Origin: Hamiltosporidium tvaerminnensis FI-OER-3-3
Lineage: Eukaryota > Fungi > Microsporidia
Direction of reading: 5' to 3'
Assembly (NCBI GenBank): GCA_022605425.2
Contig: CM061248.1
Location: forward strand, 806,001 to 870,000
Length of the DNA: 64,000 nt
In this document: positions 26,048 through 40,900 of the stretch, one piece after another
How positions within the stretch are numbered: position 1 is the first letter of the stretch
How the letters are laid out: each line of letters starts with the position of its first letter
The notes under the pieces: generated by a model
Databases searched by the model: none
What the model was told of the DNA's origin: nothing
Seen by the model: only the letters and a program-made list of their open reading frames with translations
Translations under genes and position numbers: made by a program

Positions 26048-28888
26048 ATTTAAAGTTTTATTTGTTTCTCATTTAAAAATCCATCATAAATTTTATTCTA
26101 GGCTTGGTTTTATCTCGCCTTTGCTTTGTTTCCAATGCTTTCTTTTTCGATTTAAAATATTTTTTTTAATATTACGTGATTCTATTTCTCACGAATATTT
26201 AGATATATTTTTTTCATAATTAATTTATGAATATAAAATATCTTTTTAATTCTGCTTTTTAGTTGGGATTTTTCAAATGAATATATTCTATTTTTGTTTC
26301 AGTATGACTGCCATTATTATTATAAGAATTCATTTCTACTTTGACTTTCAATGGCAAGAGCAAGCTACTCAAATTCCTTAATGGAACAATCGAAACCTCT
26401 AAGTCTATTTTTGAGTGCTTTTTATAAATATATATTCCTATGTATATGTACCGCCTTTACATGATAATTTTGCTAATATGCAATCAATAGCATACTACGT
26501 TATTACACACTAGATTTTTTCCGTTCCACACCATATAATATTAGTTTTTTCTTTCTAAAAACGTATAAACTTTTTGGTTTTCTTTCATCGATTATATTTA
26601 GAAGTTGTGTCGAGTTATTTAGACAGCAAGTGGTATTTTAAATTCGGTTTCTTTTTCATAAAAATATATCGGTATATATTTGTAATTTGAAATCAGATAT
26701 AGTCCAGACTTAACTATTAATAAAATTGTGGTGTATAGAGTATTTCTGAATAGATTTACTTTTAATTCTTTTTTAAAGTTGAAATCATTTTTTTATATAA
26801 AAGAAGCACACTAACCAGATTTATTTCGTAGCATATGCCAATTCTTTAACATAAGACGCTTCATAATCCGATTAAAACAGATTTTAATATATATTCTAAA
26901 CACTTGGCTGAAATTTTTTTGTCCCAAATACATATTATTTAGGATTTAAGAGGGTCGCTACGATTCTATTTTTGATATTCTCTTTTATGGGAATATAAAA
27001 GAGACTGATTCTAAATAACCCGTAATTCTTTTAAAAAATGACATATATATTTGTCGTAACCTCTCTCGAGACAGCTAGACAAAAGGTATCTGCTATAGAT
27101 ACTGGATCCATCTTTTAAAAAAAAGGGTTTGTTGACCCGTGTAACTAAGGAATTGTTATTTAAAAGGGAAAGTCTATTTATATTATCTCTTCAGTTCTGT
27201 TGTTTCCTTTCTTCTACCATTGGTGTTTTAAAATAAATATTCTCGATTCCTAGGGAAATCCAATAGCCCAAAATATGCAGCAGACTACTACAATATATTT
27301 TGCACTTTTCTATTTTGAATATTGTTACTGTCTATGCATATTATAGGTATTATGAATAATGATGAAAATATGCCAATAAATAGATTTGATATAATTCATG
27401 ATAACCTATCAAAATTTATCATCTATTTTAATACTGTTACAGTTTATAGTCGCTTGATAAAGTGACGGAAATTTGGTGTTGGCGCTTTTTTGCGATTCTA
27501 GCTCGCCAGGTAGCAATGGCTTTTGGCTTATCTCCTGTACAATTTCGTTTTTTTACGAGTTCACGGTTGGTTGATTTCTAGCATATAAGAGTGTTATTTA
27601 TCAAAAATCTTATTAATTTCATTCTTTTTTAATTGATAGTTATTTTTCTAAAGAATGGAAAGCAAGATATATAGATACCGATGAATCATAGCTTCGAATA
27701 AAGCTATTGAAATATGCATTCAAGGTTTTTAATACATATATTTTGTACATTGCTTATAAATTTAAAGGATTATTTAAAAGGTCTAGTGAATGCATATATT
27801 ACTAGCAAACCACATGTTTTTATATATTCTACGGGGTTGGTGTTAGAAATAAACAAGGATTAAAATTACTGTAAAGTTTAAATGTAGTTAGTATAGTCTT
27901 TTGTATTATATATTTGTTTATTTATTTAGAATCCATTATTTTCTATATTAAATGCTTTTAAAAGATCCAGAAAACTATTATATTTTTTGAATTTCTTATC
28001 CTCTGCAGGTCGGTATTTCTTTGTTGCTTTTGGGAAAATCTAAAGGTATTTAAGTATGGTTTTAATTCTCACTTTATAATCTTTTGCTAGTATTAATGTT
28101 TATAATTCGGATTTATATAGACCCATGTTAAGCCTAGTTCCAAATTATCTTATTTATTGGTTTGGTTAAATGCATCATAGTATTACTTCAAGAAATCGTT
28201 AATATCTTCTCACCTTCTTCTTAGTGATAGCAATTACCTATTTCAATTTTATCTGAATCTCGCTGGGTAAAATATACAATTAAAAACCAACATATTCTAA
28301 AACTGGCTAGTATCCAGCATCTTAAGGGCCCATAACTTCGTCTTTTTAAGTCGGTTTATCTATGTCACTTCATTTCAAAATCCCCAATTTCTAAAATTTT
28401 TACCGGTTAAACCTTATTCTTTTTTCTTTACATAAAAATTCCGCCGAATTTTACGACGGCAATTTGTTTTCGATCCAATTTTTTAGTTTTCGATGTATTT
28501 CTTTAAACCTGTTGTAATTTAGGATTATGGAGGATTTACTCATAATAAAAGTGTGGTTTTTATCACTCCGAAATCTATAAACCGATTTTTACAATAATTT
28601 TAACACTCTTTTCCAAAAGCTAGTATTTAATGTAGATATTTTCTTTCCAGTAAATACATTTTAAATAAAAAATAACAAAGATAAAGCCGAAAAAATGTTT
28701 TTGAAAAACCAAGACGATACCTAAAGTATAAATTATGATCATAATACAAATAATATATAATTTATGCTATTTTACTCTAAAAGAGCACCACATCATTTTA
28801 TATGTAGAAAATAATTGCTTTTACAAGTGTAATTATAAAAAAAATTGTTTCTAAGTCACAAAAAAATATAAGGTTAAAATGTTTTGTT
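26048..28888 (-). pseudogene. Cassette B' (mosaic allele)
   Basis: Reverse complement of 7509-10359 with a patch resembling the 1-1926 allele. Confidence 0.6.
27052..27292 (+). mobile_element. Solo LTR copy in B'
   Basis: Matches 84-324. Confidence 0.7.
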
Positions 28889-29528
28889 AATTTTTTTATT
28901 AAATCCTCTTCAATCTTCTCTAAATCATATTTATCTGCATTAATTCCCAAGGATTTTTTTGTATTAATAGGGACAATTTTAAGGGGTTGTCCAGCCCCCA
29001 AATTTATACATTCAACTCGTCATTCTCATTTTTCGGTAACAAATTTTTGATATTAACATGTTTTTCTGGATACTTAAATATACAAATATGTACATTTTTG
29101 CCATAATTTAAATATTTATCAAAGAAATTTAGTACTGCATTTCTTCTATTCGGGAGTAAAAATTTCGAAAAGTCATTTAATATATTTAATATCAATATAA
29201 TCTTAAAAAAGCTCATTGACCTATTATAATGATTTATCAGAAGATGTGATGAGGTTTTTTCTATAATAGTATTCATAAATTCTATGTCATATTTGTCAAG
29301 TAGAATCTGCAAGAGAAATTGAAAGAATGATGTAAGGAATGTTTTCATAACAAACAATATTACGTCTGTTTATATAATATTTTTTTAAAACTTGTTTCAG
29401 AATTTCTTATCTAAATAACAAATTAGATGGTTTATAGATACAAAATTAAACAAAAGAATAATCCTATTTGTTTATCGTCTATTATTTTATATTTTAAACA
29501 AACTTTTTTAAAAATTAAAATGTTAAGT
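28889..29528 (-). repeat. R7 core unit
   Basis: Same block, - orientation. Confidence 0.9.
29004..29357 (-). CDS. R-ORF variant
   Basis: ORF track. Confidence 0.35.
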   Translation of the reverse strand: MFVMKTFLTSFFQFLLQILLDKYDIEFMNTIIEKTSSHLLINHYNRSMSFFKIILILNILNDFSKFLLPNRRNAVLNFFDKYLNYGKNVHICIFKYPEKHVNIKNLLPKNENDELNV

Positions 29529-32500
29529 CTTTTAGCTAAAATTTGTTTGAAATGCATGTAATTACAGTAAGTTTATTTAATATGTAATACCTGATTTCTA
29601 ACTTACTATTTTTTCGCTTCAAAATTCAATGTAGATTTTAAGGTTAAAAAAATGATTTGATCAAAATTAAGACACATATAAGCTATATTTTATAGATTTT
29701 TTAATTATAAACAGCTTAAACCCTAATGGTGTTAAAAATCCAATAAATTGTACCACTAATATGATATTTACTGGAATTTCATATATTTTGCTGATCAAAT
29801 GCTTTTCCCTACAATTTTATGTCAATCATTTCCATAACCTATCGAAACGTGATTCCCACGAGTTTTTCTTAAAATTTAAATTATAAAAGGTAATTTTTCA
29901 TTCGATCATAAAAGTTTCGTTAAAATATGAACATCTATTTGTTAAAAATTTTAGGTTTAGAAATTTAGAAAAAAAAATATATTATATTTCAGGTTCATGT
30001 TTACTTTTGTTACACAGTTTAAGACTTTCCATACAGAATTAAGAGTACAATCCAACTTTAAATAAATGTTAATCGCATTGGAAAATATTTTATTTAATTC
30101 ATTTAATACGGTTAAAACACCTTATAATTTAGAGCTCGATGAATATATTTTTATTAACTGCCAAGTTCACGCATATCAGTAGTCTAATATTTCACTTTTG
30201 TAGATATCTATAGTTTTTTTCCTTAAACTTATATGATTATTGACTATTTTCCATGTACAATTATAAAAGAAGATAAGCCTTTTTTCATTAAGCAATGATT
30301 TTAGATTATTAAAACTATTTTAGCTCTTATAAACACACCTTGAAATATATCTTTGTAGCTATTTAATCTCCTTTTATCTATTTCTTGAATCCATCATCTC
30401 AATATAATAATAACATAAACATAATATACGCTCTTTCGAATTTCGCCTTATTAATTTTGAAAATTTATTGGACTGACTAAACCCCTTATAGCAATTTTAA
30501 AATATTTGCATAAGCTCGAACTTGGTTCTTCATCGATTTGAATTAATCTATTATTCACAAGAACTTTGAATTATAATGTTTTGAGAAACTGAGTTTTAAA
30601 TGCTTCTTTAAGCTTTAGTTGAAATTGTTCTTATGTAGAAAATTCTACAATTCGCTGGCAATGCAAATTAATATGGAAATTTAAAAAAGTTAAATAAAAC
30701 GAAATAGGATAAATATTTTCTTTAATTTAGTTAACTTATCTCAAATTATCAAAAATTATACTTTTTTGGGTTCATAGTTGTAAGCAAAAATTATTTGCGA
30801 CAAGATATCATTTGATAAAAAGAATGCTATACAGTGATTTTTTTTCAATTTATTAGGCTTTTGTCGTATATTATAGGTGAATCCATATAGAAAAATTCTT
30901 ATTACACAACCAATTGCATATAGAACAAAAAGCATACATATGAAATAAGAAAATTCTTAATGCGTACTGTTTTTGGCTAAACTTTTCTTAATTTCATTTA
31001 CTGTTTTCTTTGTGAATATTAATATTTTTACGCATAATTAATACCTTGTTTTGGTACCATAACTGTATAAAACGTAGCAAATGATAAATTAGAAGAATAT
31101 AAATTTGTAATAATGAAAATTACTAGAACATTAATCGAAATCGTAAAACGTTCAAACATAGACGCGGATATAAACATCAAAACTAGTGAAGTGTTTACGA
31201 CAGATGTTGAAAACATCATTAAAAAGGCAAAGGAGATCGTAATAAAGCCGAGCAAGTTAAGATTCTTTCTACTTCTTAAATTCTATGTTATAATAACGCA
31301 ATAAGAATATTTTAGGAAATAATACTAAAAATAATGCAAGTTTCTGAAAAAAAACATTAAATTCGGTTGAACGAGCTATGATGACCAATATCAACGGTCT
31401 TTAAGGCATAATCATGCGATTCGAACAAAAAGGAGCTTTATGATAAGGAAATAATTCTGAAAGATCTTGTTGATAAGTGTAAGTACGGAAAATAACAGAC
31501 GTTTTTTGATGGATTTTACAAATTCTGAATATAAACACGAAGTTTTAATTTCGATACGATAAAAAAAGGCATCTATTAAGGCTTATGCGCTTTAAAATCC
31601 TATTTTTTTCATTTAAAGCTGGATAACCTAAGAACCGATAACTGAGAAGAGTTTGTAAATAAACAAAAAAAATTTTCACTTGTAACACTCCTTTTTCTAT
31701 CAAAGAGCAGGGAACAAATAAAACAAATGAAAGTGGTGAGGTGTAATTAAACAATTGTAAGCTTGCTTGCAATGATTTCAAATGAGTCTGGCTATAAAGA
31801 TAGAGTGATGGGCAAAACCATCGATCGGGCTTGTCTAATAGCTAACTTAGATTATGCACTTAACAAAATTGCTATAACATATAAAGAGAACTAAAGAGAA
31901 AATATATGACTTTTTAAAAATATCTACGAAGCTCTATGTTGAGAATATCTGAGAAATACAAATAAAAAGATCGCCTGTAATTCGCTGAAGAAATTTCTAA
32001 AATCGTGCATAACATATCGGGTAAAATCGATATTTTCTTACGTTATTATATAAATACTGAGATATATGTGATTCGTATGAAAACAATGCATCTGACTTGG
32101 TTTCGTTTAAATTAATTACGGTGTTTTGTTTTACTAATTAAGATTCCTATGGCAAATAAAAGACAAAAAAAAAGTAAAATGCTAAGCTTTTGGATTATCC
32201 AGAGAATTTTTTTACTAGCAATGATAGAGATGGGTTTCTAATAAAATGCTGCAACAGCAAAATAATATGGCGAAAAGCACATATGATTTTTCATTATGAA
32301 CAATATATCACACTTGACAGAAAATGGAGGATTAAAATCTCTTCTATTGAAGCATGCGATTTATTCTCAATTTTCTTATTTCAAATCTCCTTTTTAACCA
32401 AATTTTTTAATTACATTTTTTTTCTTCGTTGAATTTCTTAAATTAAAAAAATTAGAACTAAGAAAAATAATGAAGCCTGATAGAATAAGACAAGTGAAGA

Positions 32501-33831
32501 ATTAGCAATAATCGAAGTTATATGTGTAAAATAGTCCCATTGCTGCATTTTTCGGGATTTATATATGAATGTTTTTTTGTGGTTGTAGAGTGAGTTTGAC
32601 AATAAATAGTAAATCATTGGTATGAAAAATTTTAAAAATAAACATTTAAAGTAAGGCTTATTCCTATCTTTTTTAATCTTAATTTTTTAAGTCAATCGAA
32701 AACTCAATGAAAAGGCGAGTTCGAAAATATTCCAGCTTGAGTGTAGCCTTAAATATATTTTTTAGTAGTACATAAAACGAATTTCGCGTAAAAATGTATT
32801 CCTAAAAGTTTTTCTGGATAAAAAATGATAAATTTATGTCTTAAAATCTTGTATGAGTCATGTGTAAATAATTTAAATTAACCGGGGTGGTCTTTAAGCT
32901 ATTCCTAAAATTTTCATAGAAGAAGATGCAGGTTAGAGTGCGCTAAATTTTTTGACTAATATAGCTTATTCATTCTATAAATTCGGAACCCGATTGACAA
33001 AACGCGATAAGTTAAAAATATATACTTTGAAGTTTTGTTTAAGGAAAGTCTAGAAATTCCTTAATATAATATTATTGTTTAGCACGACAACCCTGTACCA
33101 TCAGATAATATTACAGCGTAAAAGGAGCCATAAAACGACTGCATCTAAGAAAACTCTAGACATTTAATCTAATTTAAGTAATTTATATTTTTTATTTAGG
33201 AACATAAACGAAAATAAAAGGTTTTTTATTGCTAGAAAACTAAAGTGCTGTAACAGTAAAAAATAAATAAGATTTAATACCTCATAAGACTTTTAGATTC
33301 ATTTAAGCATGCAAAAAGAGATTAATTTGATATAAAGATTTTTAAACTGTGTTCTTAGAAGTTTTAGCCATCTAGAACATAATACATTTATTTGTATAGT
33401 TTTAACAAATACGACAATATCAAAAGCGGATTTTAATTTATAGAAAAAATTATTGAAATTCAATAAACGGTACCTAGTATCTATATATTCTATTGGAAAA
33501 ACTGTAGGAATTTCATGTCATAAGGCCAACAAAAAAATGTAGAAACCGACATTCGGAACGTAAGTTACTCATATAAAATCAATTCAAATAAAAAAACATT
33601 TTTTATTACTATTTAGTAGAAGATTATAGGTGTTTAAGCTCAAGATTCATTCAAAGTAGAAACTACACGGAATAAAATAATTAATTGTCTAGATTTCGAT
33701 TAAATCATTTTTTTAACCTTAAAATCTACATTGAATTTTGTAGCGAAAAAATAGAAATTCAAAAGTCATGTATTACATATTAAATAAACTTACTGTAATT
33801 ACATGCATTTCAAACAAATTTTTATCTAAAA
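29529..33831. pseudogene. Cassette A' (inverted, more diverged allele of A)
   Basis: Reverse complement of A; many substitutions in ~32000-33400; remnant MKITRTLIEIVKRSNIDADINIKTSEVF at 31113. Confidence 0.55.
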
Positions 33832-34471
33832 ACTTAACATTTTAATTTTTAAAAAAGTTTGTTTAAAATATAAAATAATAGATGATAAACAAATAGGATT
33901 ATCCTTTTTTTTAATTTTGTATGTATAAACCATCTAATTTGTTATTTAGATAAGAAATTCTGAAACAAGTTTTAAAAAAATATTATATAAACAGACGTAA
34001 TATTGTTTTTTATGAAAACATTCCTTACATTATTCTTTCGATTTCTCTTGCAGATTCTACTTGACAAATATGACATAGAATTTATGAATATTATTACACA
34101 AAAAACCTCATCACATCTTCTGATAAATCATTATAATAGATCAATAAGCATTTTCAAGATTATATTTATATTAAATATCTTAAATGACTTTTCGAAATTT
34201 TTACTCCCGAATAGAAGAAATGTAGTACTAAATTTCTTTGATAAATATTTAAATTATGGCAAAAATGTACATATTTGTATATTTAAATATCCAGAAAAAC
34301 ATGTTAATATCAAAAATTTGTTACCGAAGTATGAGAATGACGAATTTAATATATAATTTTTGGGGCTGGACAACCCCTTAAAATTGTCCCTATTAACACA
34401 AAAAATCCTTTAGAGAATTAATGCAGATAAAAATCATTTAAAGAACAGTGAAGAGGATTTAATAAAAAAAA
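33832..34471 (+). repeat. R8 core unit
   Basis: Same block, + orientation. Confidence 0.9.
34003..34356 (+). CDS. R-ORF variant
   Basis: ORF track. Confidence 0.35.
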   Translation: MFFMKTFLTLFFRFLLQILLDKYDIEFMNIITQKTSSHLLINHYNRSISIFKIIFILNILNDFSKFLLPNRRNVVLNFFDKYLNYGKNVHICIFKYPEKHVNIKNLLPKYENDEFNI

Positions 34472-37329
34472 TTTAAAAAAAATTTAAAGTTTTATTTGTT
34501 TCTCATTTAAAAATCCATCATAAATTTTATTCTAGGCTTGGTTTTATCTCGCCTTTGCTTTGTTTCCAATGCTTTCTTTTTCGATTTAAAATATTTTTTT
34601 TAATATTACGTGATTCTATTTCTCACGAATATTTAGATATTTTTTTTTCATAATTAATTTATGAATATAAAATATCTTTTTAATTCTGCTTTTTAGTTGG
34701 GATTTTTCAAATGAATATATTCTATTTTTGTTTCAGTATGACTGCCATTATTATTATAAGAATTCATTTCTACTTTGACTTTCAATGGCAAGAGCAAGCT
34801 ACTCAAATTCCTTAATTGAACAATCGAAACCTCTAAGTCTATTTTTGAGTGCTTTTTATAAATATATATTCCTATGTATATGTACCGCCTTTATATGATA
34901 ATTTTGCTAATATGCAATCAATAGCATACTACGTTATTACACACTAGATTTTTTCCGTTCCTTACCATATAATATTAGTTTTTTCTTTCTAAAAACGTAT
35001 AAACTTTTTGGTTTTCTTTCGTCGATTATATTTAGAAGTTGTGTCGAGTTATTTAGACAGCAAGTGGTATTTTAAATTCGGTTTCTTTTTCATAAAAATA
35101 TATCGGTATATATTTGTAATTTGAAATCAGATATAGTCCAGACTTAACTATTAATAAAATTGTGGTGTATAGAGTATTTCTGAATAGATTTACTTTTAAT
35201 TCTTTTTTAAAATTGAAATCATTTTTTTATATAAAAGAAGCACACTAACCAGATTTATTTCGTAGCATATGCCAATTCTTTAACATAAGACGCTTCATAA
35301 TCCGATTAAAACAGATTTTAATATATATTCTAAACACTTGGCTGAAATTTTTTTGTCCCAAATACTATTATTTAGGATTTAAGAGGGTCGCTACGATTCT
35401 ATTTTTGATATTCTCTTTTATGGGAATATAAAAGAGACTGATTCTAAATAACCCGTAATTCTTTTAAAAAATGACATATATATTTGTCGTAACCTCTCTC
35501 GAGACAGCTAGACAAAAGGTATCTGCTATAGATACTGGATCCATCTTTTAAAAAAAAGGGTTTGTTGACCCGTGTAACTAAGGAATTGTTATTTAAAAGG
35601 GAAAGTCTATTTATATTATCTCTTCAGTTCTGTTGTTTCCTTTCTTCTACCATTGGTGTTTTAAAATAAATATTCTCGATTCCTAGGGAAATACAATAGC
35701 CCAAAATATGCAGCAGACTACTACAATATATTTTGCACTTTTCTATTTTGAATATTGTTACTGTCTATGCATATTATAGGTATTATGAATAATGATGAAA
35801 ATATGCCAATAAATAGATTTGATATAATTCATGATAACCTATCAAAATTTATCATCTATTTTAATACTGTTACAGTTTATAGTCGCTTGATAAAGTGACG
35901 GAAATTTGGTGTTGGCGCTTTTTTGCGATTCTAGCTCGCCAGGTAGCAATGGCTTTTGGTTTATCTCTTGTACAACTTCGTTTTTTTACGAGTTCACGGT
36001 TGGTTGATTTCTAGCATATAAGAGTGTTATTTATCAAAAATCTTATTAATTTCATTCTTTTTTAATTGATAGTTATTTTTCTAAAGAATGGAAAGCAAGA
36101 TATATAGATACCGATGAATCATAGCTTCGAATAAAGCTATTGAAATATGCATTCAAGGTTTTTAATACATATATTTTGTACATTGCTTATAAATTTAAAG
36201 GATTATTTAAAAGGTCTAGTGAATGCATATATTACTAGCAAACCACATGTTTTTATATATTCTACGGGGTTGGTATTAGAAATAAACAAGGATTAAAATT
36301 ACTGTAAAGTATAAATGTAGTTAATATAGTCTTTAGTATTATATATTTGTTTATTTATTTCGAATCAATTATTTTTTATATTAAATGCTTTTAAAAGATC
36401 CAGTAAACTATTATATTTTTTGAATTTTTTATCCTCTGCAGGTCGGTATTTCTTTGTTGCTTTTGGGAAAATCTAGAGGGTATTCAAGTATGGTTTTAAT
36501 TCTCACTTTATGATCTTTTGCTAGTATTAATGTTTATAATTCGGATTTATATAGACCCACTGTAAGCCTAGATCCAAGTTATCTTATTTATTGGTTTGGT
36601 CAAATGCATCATAGTATAGATATAAGAAATCGTTAATATCTTCTTCCCTTCTTCTTGGTGATAGCAATTACCTATTTCAATTTTATCTGAATCTTGCTGG
36701 GTAAAATATGCAATTAAAAACCAACATATTCTAAAACTGGATAGTATCCAGCATGTTAAGGGCCGAATAACTCTGTCTTTTAAAGTCAGTTTATCTATTG
36801 CAATTCATTTTAAAATCCCCAATTTCTATCATTTTTACCCGTTAAACCTTATTCTTTTTACTTTCCATAAACCGTAGGCCGAATTTTATGACGGAAATTT
36901 GTTTTGAATCCAATTTTTTAGTTTTCGATTTTTTTCTTTAAACCTGTTGTAATTAAGGATTATAGAAGATTGACTCATAATACAAGTGGGGTTTATACCT
37001 CCCCCCCCCCGAAATGTATAAACCGATTTTTACAATATTTTTACACACTCTTTGCCAAACAGCTAGTTTTTAATGTAGATATTTTCTTTCACTAAAAATA
37101 TTTTAAATAAAAAAAATAAAGATAATTCAAAAAACATGCTTTTGAAAAACCTAGACGAGACCTAAAGTATAAATTACGATCATAATACAAATAATAGATA
37201 ATTTTTGCTGTTTTCTCTAAAAGAGCACTCAATCATTTTAAATATAGAAAATAATTTCTTAGTACTTGTTTTTAATAAAAAAAAGTTCTAATTTAAAAAA
37301 CATAAAAAATTTTAAATATATTTTTTTAA
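34472..37329 (-). pseudogene. Cassette B'; spacer of the 35.9-kb palindrome
   Basis: Full-length twin of the cassette at the window start. Confidence 0.6.
35485..35725 (+). mobile_element. Solo LTR copy in B'
   Basis: Matches 84-324. Confidence 0.7.
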
Positions 37330-37969
37330 ATTTTTTTATTAAATCCTCTTCACTGTTCTTTAAATGATCTTTTATCTGCAGTAATTCCCAAGGATTTTTT
37401 TGTGTTAATAGGGACAATTTTAAGGGGTTGTCCAGCCCCAAAAATTATACATCCAACTCGTCATTCTCATTTTTCGATAACAAATTTTTGATATTAAGAT
37501 TTTTTTCTGGATATTTAAATATACAAATATGTACATTTTTGCCATAATTCGAATATTTATCAAAGAAATTTAGCACTACATTTCTTCTATTCGAGAGTAA
37601 AAATTTCGAAAAGTCATTTAATATATTTAATATAAATATAATCTTGAAAATGCTTATTGATCTATTATAATGATTTATCAGAAGATGTGATGAGGTTTTT
37701 TGTGTAATAATATTCATAAATTCTATGTCATATTTGTCAAGTAGAATCTGCAAGAGAAATCGAAAGAATAATGTAAGGAATGTTTTCATAACAAACAATA
37801 TTACGTCTGTTTATATAATATTTTTTTAAAACTTGTTTCAGAATTTCTTATCTAAATAACAAATTAGATGGTTTATACATACAAAATTAAAAAAAAGGAT
37901 AATCCTATTTGTTTATCATCTATTATTTTATATTTTAAACAAACTTTTTTAAAAATTAAAATGTTAAGT
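37330..37969 (-). repeat. R9 core unit
   Basis: Same block, - orientation. Confidence 0.9.
37445..37798 (-). CDS. R-ORF variant; frame stays open ~61 codons past the TAA (to 37259)
   Basis: ORF track entry 37259..37441 is in the same frame, one codon after the stop. Confidence 0.35.
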   Translation of the reverse strand: MFVMKTFLTLFFRFLLQILLDKYDIEFMNIITQKTSSHLLINHYNRSISIFKIIFILNILNDFSKFLLSNRRNVVLNFFDKYSNYGKNVHICIFKYPEKNLNIKNLLSKNENDELDV

Positions 37970-40900
37970 TTTTAGATAAAAATTTGTTTGAAATGCATGT
38001 AATTACAGTAAGTTTATTTAATATGTAATACATGACTTTTGAATTTCTATTTTTTCGCTACAAAATTCAATGTAGATTTTAAGGTTAAAAAAATGATTTA
38101 ATCGAAATCTAGACAATTAATTATTTTATTCCGTGTAGTTTCTACTTTGAATGAATCTTGAGCTTAAACACCTATAATCTTCTACTAAATAGTAATAAAA
38201 AATGTTTTTTTATTTGAATTGATTTTATATGAGTAACTTACGTTCCGAATGTCGGTTTCTACATTTTTTTGTTGGCCTTATGACATGAAATTCCTACAGT
38301 TTTTCCAATAGAATATATAGATACTAGGTACCGTTTATTGAATTTCAATAATTTTTTCTATAAATTAAAATCCGCTTTTGATATTGTCGTATTTGTTAAA
38401 ACTATACAAATAAATGTATTATGTTCTAGATGGCTGAAACTTCTAGGAACACAGCTTAAAAATCTTTATATCGAATTAATCTCTTCTTACATGCTTAAAT
38501 GAATCTAAAAGTCTTATTAGGTATTAAATCTCATTGATTTTATACAGTTACAGCTCTATAGTGTTCTAGCACAAAAGAAACTTATATTTTCGTTTATGCT
38601 CCTAAATAAAAAATATCAATTACTTAAATTAGATAAAATGTCTAGATTTTTCTTAGATGCAGTCGTTTTATGGCTCCTTTTACGCTGTAATATTATCTGA
38701 TGGTACAGGGTTGCCGTGCTAAACAATAATATTATATTAAAGAATTTCTAGACTTTCATCAAACAAAACTTCAAAGTATATATTTATTAACCTATAGAGT
38801 TTTCTCAATCGGGTCCAAATTTATAGATTGAATCAGTTATATTAGTCACAAAATTTAGCGCTCACTAGCCTGCATCTTCTTCTATGAAAATTTTAGGAAT
38901 GGCTTAAAGTCTTCCCAGGTTAATTTAAATTATTTACACATGACTCTAACTTGATTTTAAGACATAACTTTATCATTTTTTATCTTGAAAGACTTTTAGG
39001 AATACATTTTTACGCGAAATTCGTTTTATATGTTACTTAAAAATATATTTAAGGCTACACTCAATGTGGAATATTTTCGAACTCGCCTTTTCATTGAGTT
39101 TTCGATTGACTAAAAAAATTAAGATAAAAAAAGGTAGGAATAAGCCTTCATTTAAATGTTTCTTTTTAAAATATTTCATACCAATGATTTACTATTTATT
39201 GTCAAACTCACTCTACAACCACAAAAAAACATTCGCATATAAATCACAAAAAATGAAGCAGTGGGACTATTTTAAACATTTAACTATGATTATTGCTAAT
39301 TCCTCACTTGTCATATTCTATCAGGCTTCATTATTTTTCTTAGTTCTAATTTTTTTGATCTAAGAAATGCAACGAAGTCAAAAAAAAGGAATTAAAAAAT
39401 TTGGTTAAAAAAGATATAGGATATAAGAAAATTGTGAATAAATCGCATGCTTCAATAGAAGAGATTTTAATCCTTCATTTTCTGTCAAATGTAATACATT
39501 GTTCACAATGAAAAATCAATATGATTTTCGCCATATTGTTTTGCTGTTGCAGCATTTTATGAGAAACCCATCTCTATCATTGCTAGTAAAAAAATTCTCT
39601 GGATAATCCAAAAGCTTACCATTTTACTTTTTTTTCTTTTATTTGCCTTAGGAATCTTAATTAGTAGAACAAAACACCGTAATTAATTTAAACGAAACCA
39701 ATTCAGAAGCATCGTTTTCATAAAAACCACATATTTATCTCAGTATTTATATAATATCGTAAGAAAATATCGATTTTACCCGATATGTTATGCACGATTT
39801 TAGAAATTTCTTCAGCGAATTACAGGCGATCTTTTTATTTGTATTTCTCAGATATTCTCAACATAGAGCTTCGTAGATATTTTTAAAAAGTCATATATTT
39901 TCTCTTTAGTTCTCTTTATATGTTATAGCAATTTTGTTAAGTGCCTAATCTAGGTTAGCTATTAGACAAGCTCGATCGATGTTATTGCCAATCACTCTAT
40001 CTTTATAGCCAGACTCATTTGAAATCATTGCAAGCAAGCTTACAATTGTTTAATTACACCTCACCACTTTCATTTGTTTTATTCGTTCCCTGCTCTTTGA
40101 TAGAAAAAGGAGTGTTACAAGTGAAAATTTTTTTTGTTTATTTACAAACTCTTCTCAGTTATCGGTTCTTAGGTTATCCAGCTTTAAATGAAAAAAATAG
40201 GATTTTAAAGCGCATAAGCCTTAATAGATGCCTTTTTTTATCGTATCGAAATTAAAACTTCGTGTTTATATTCAGAATTTGTAAAATCCATCAAAAAACG
40301 TCTGTTATTTTCCGTACTTACACTTATCAACAAGATCTTTCAGAATTATTTCCTTATCATAGAGCTCCTTTTTGTTCAAATCGCATGATTATGCCTTAAA
40401 GACCGTTGATATTGGTCATAATAGCTCGTTCAACCGAATTTAATGTTTTTTTTCAGAAACTTGCATTATTTTTAGTATTATTTCCTAAAATATTCTTATT
40501 GCGTTATTATAACATAGAATTTAAGAAGTAGAAAGAATCTTAACTTGCTCGGCTTTATTACGATACCTTTGCTTTTTGGATGATGTTTTCAACATCTGTC
40601 GTAAACAATTCACTAGTTTTGATGTTTATATTCGCGTCTATGCTCGAACCTCGCTTTTCAATTTCGATTAATGTTCTAGTAATTTTCATTATTACAAATT
40701 TATATTCTTCTAATTCATCATTTGCTACGTTTTATAAAGTCATGTTACCAAAACAAGGTATTTTTTATGCGCAAAAATATTAATATTCACAAAGAAAACA
40801 GTAAATGAAATTTAGAAAAGTTTAGCCAAAAACAGTACGCATTAAGAATTTTCTTATTTCATATGTATGCTTTTTGTTCTATATGCAATTGGTAGTGTAA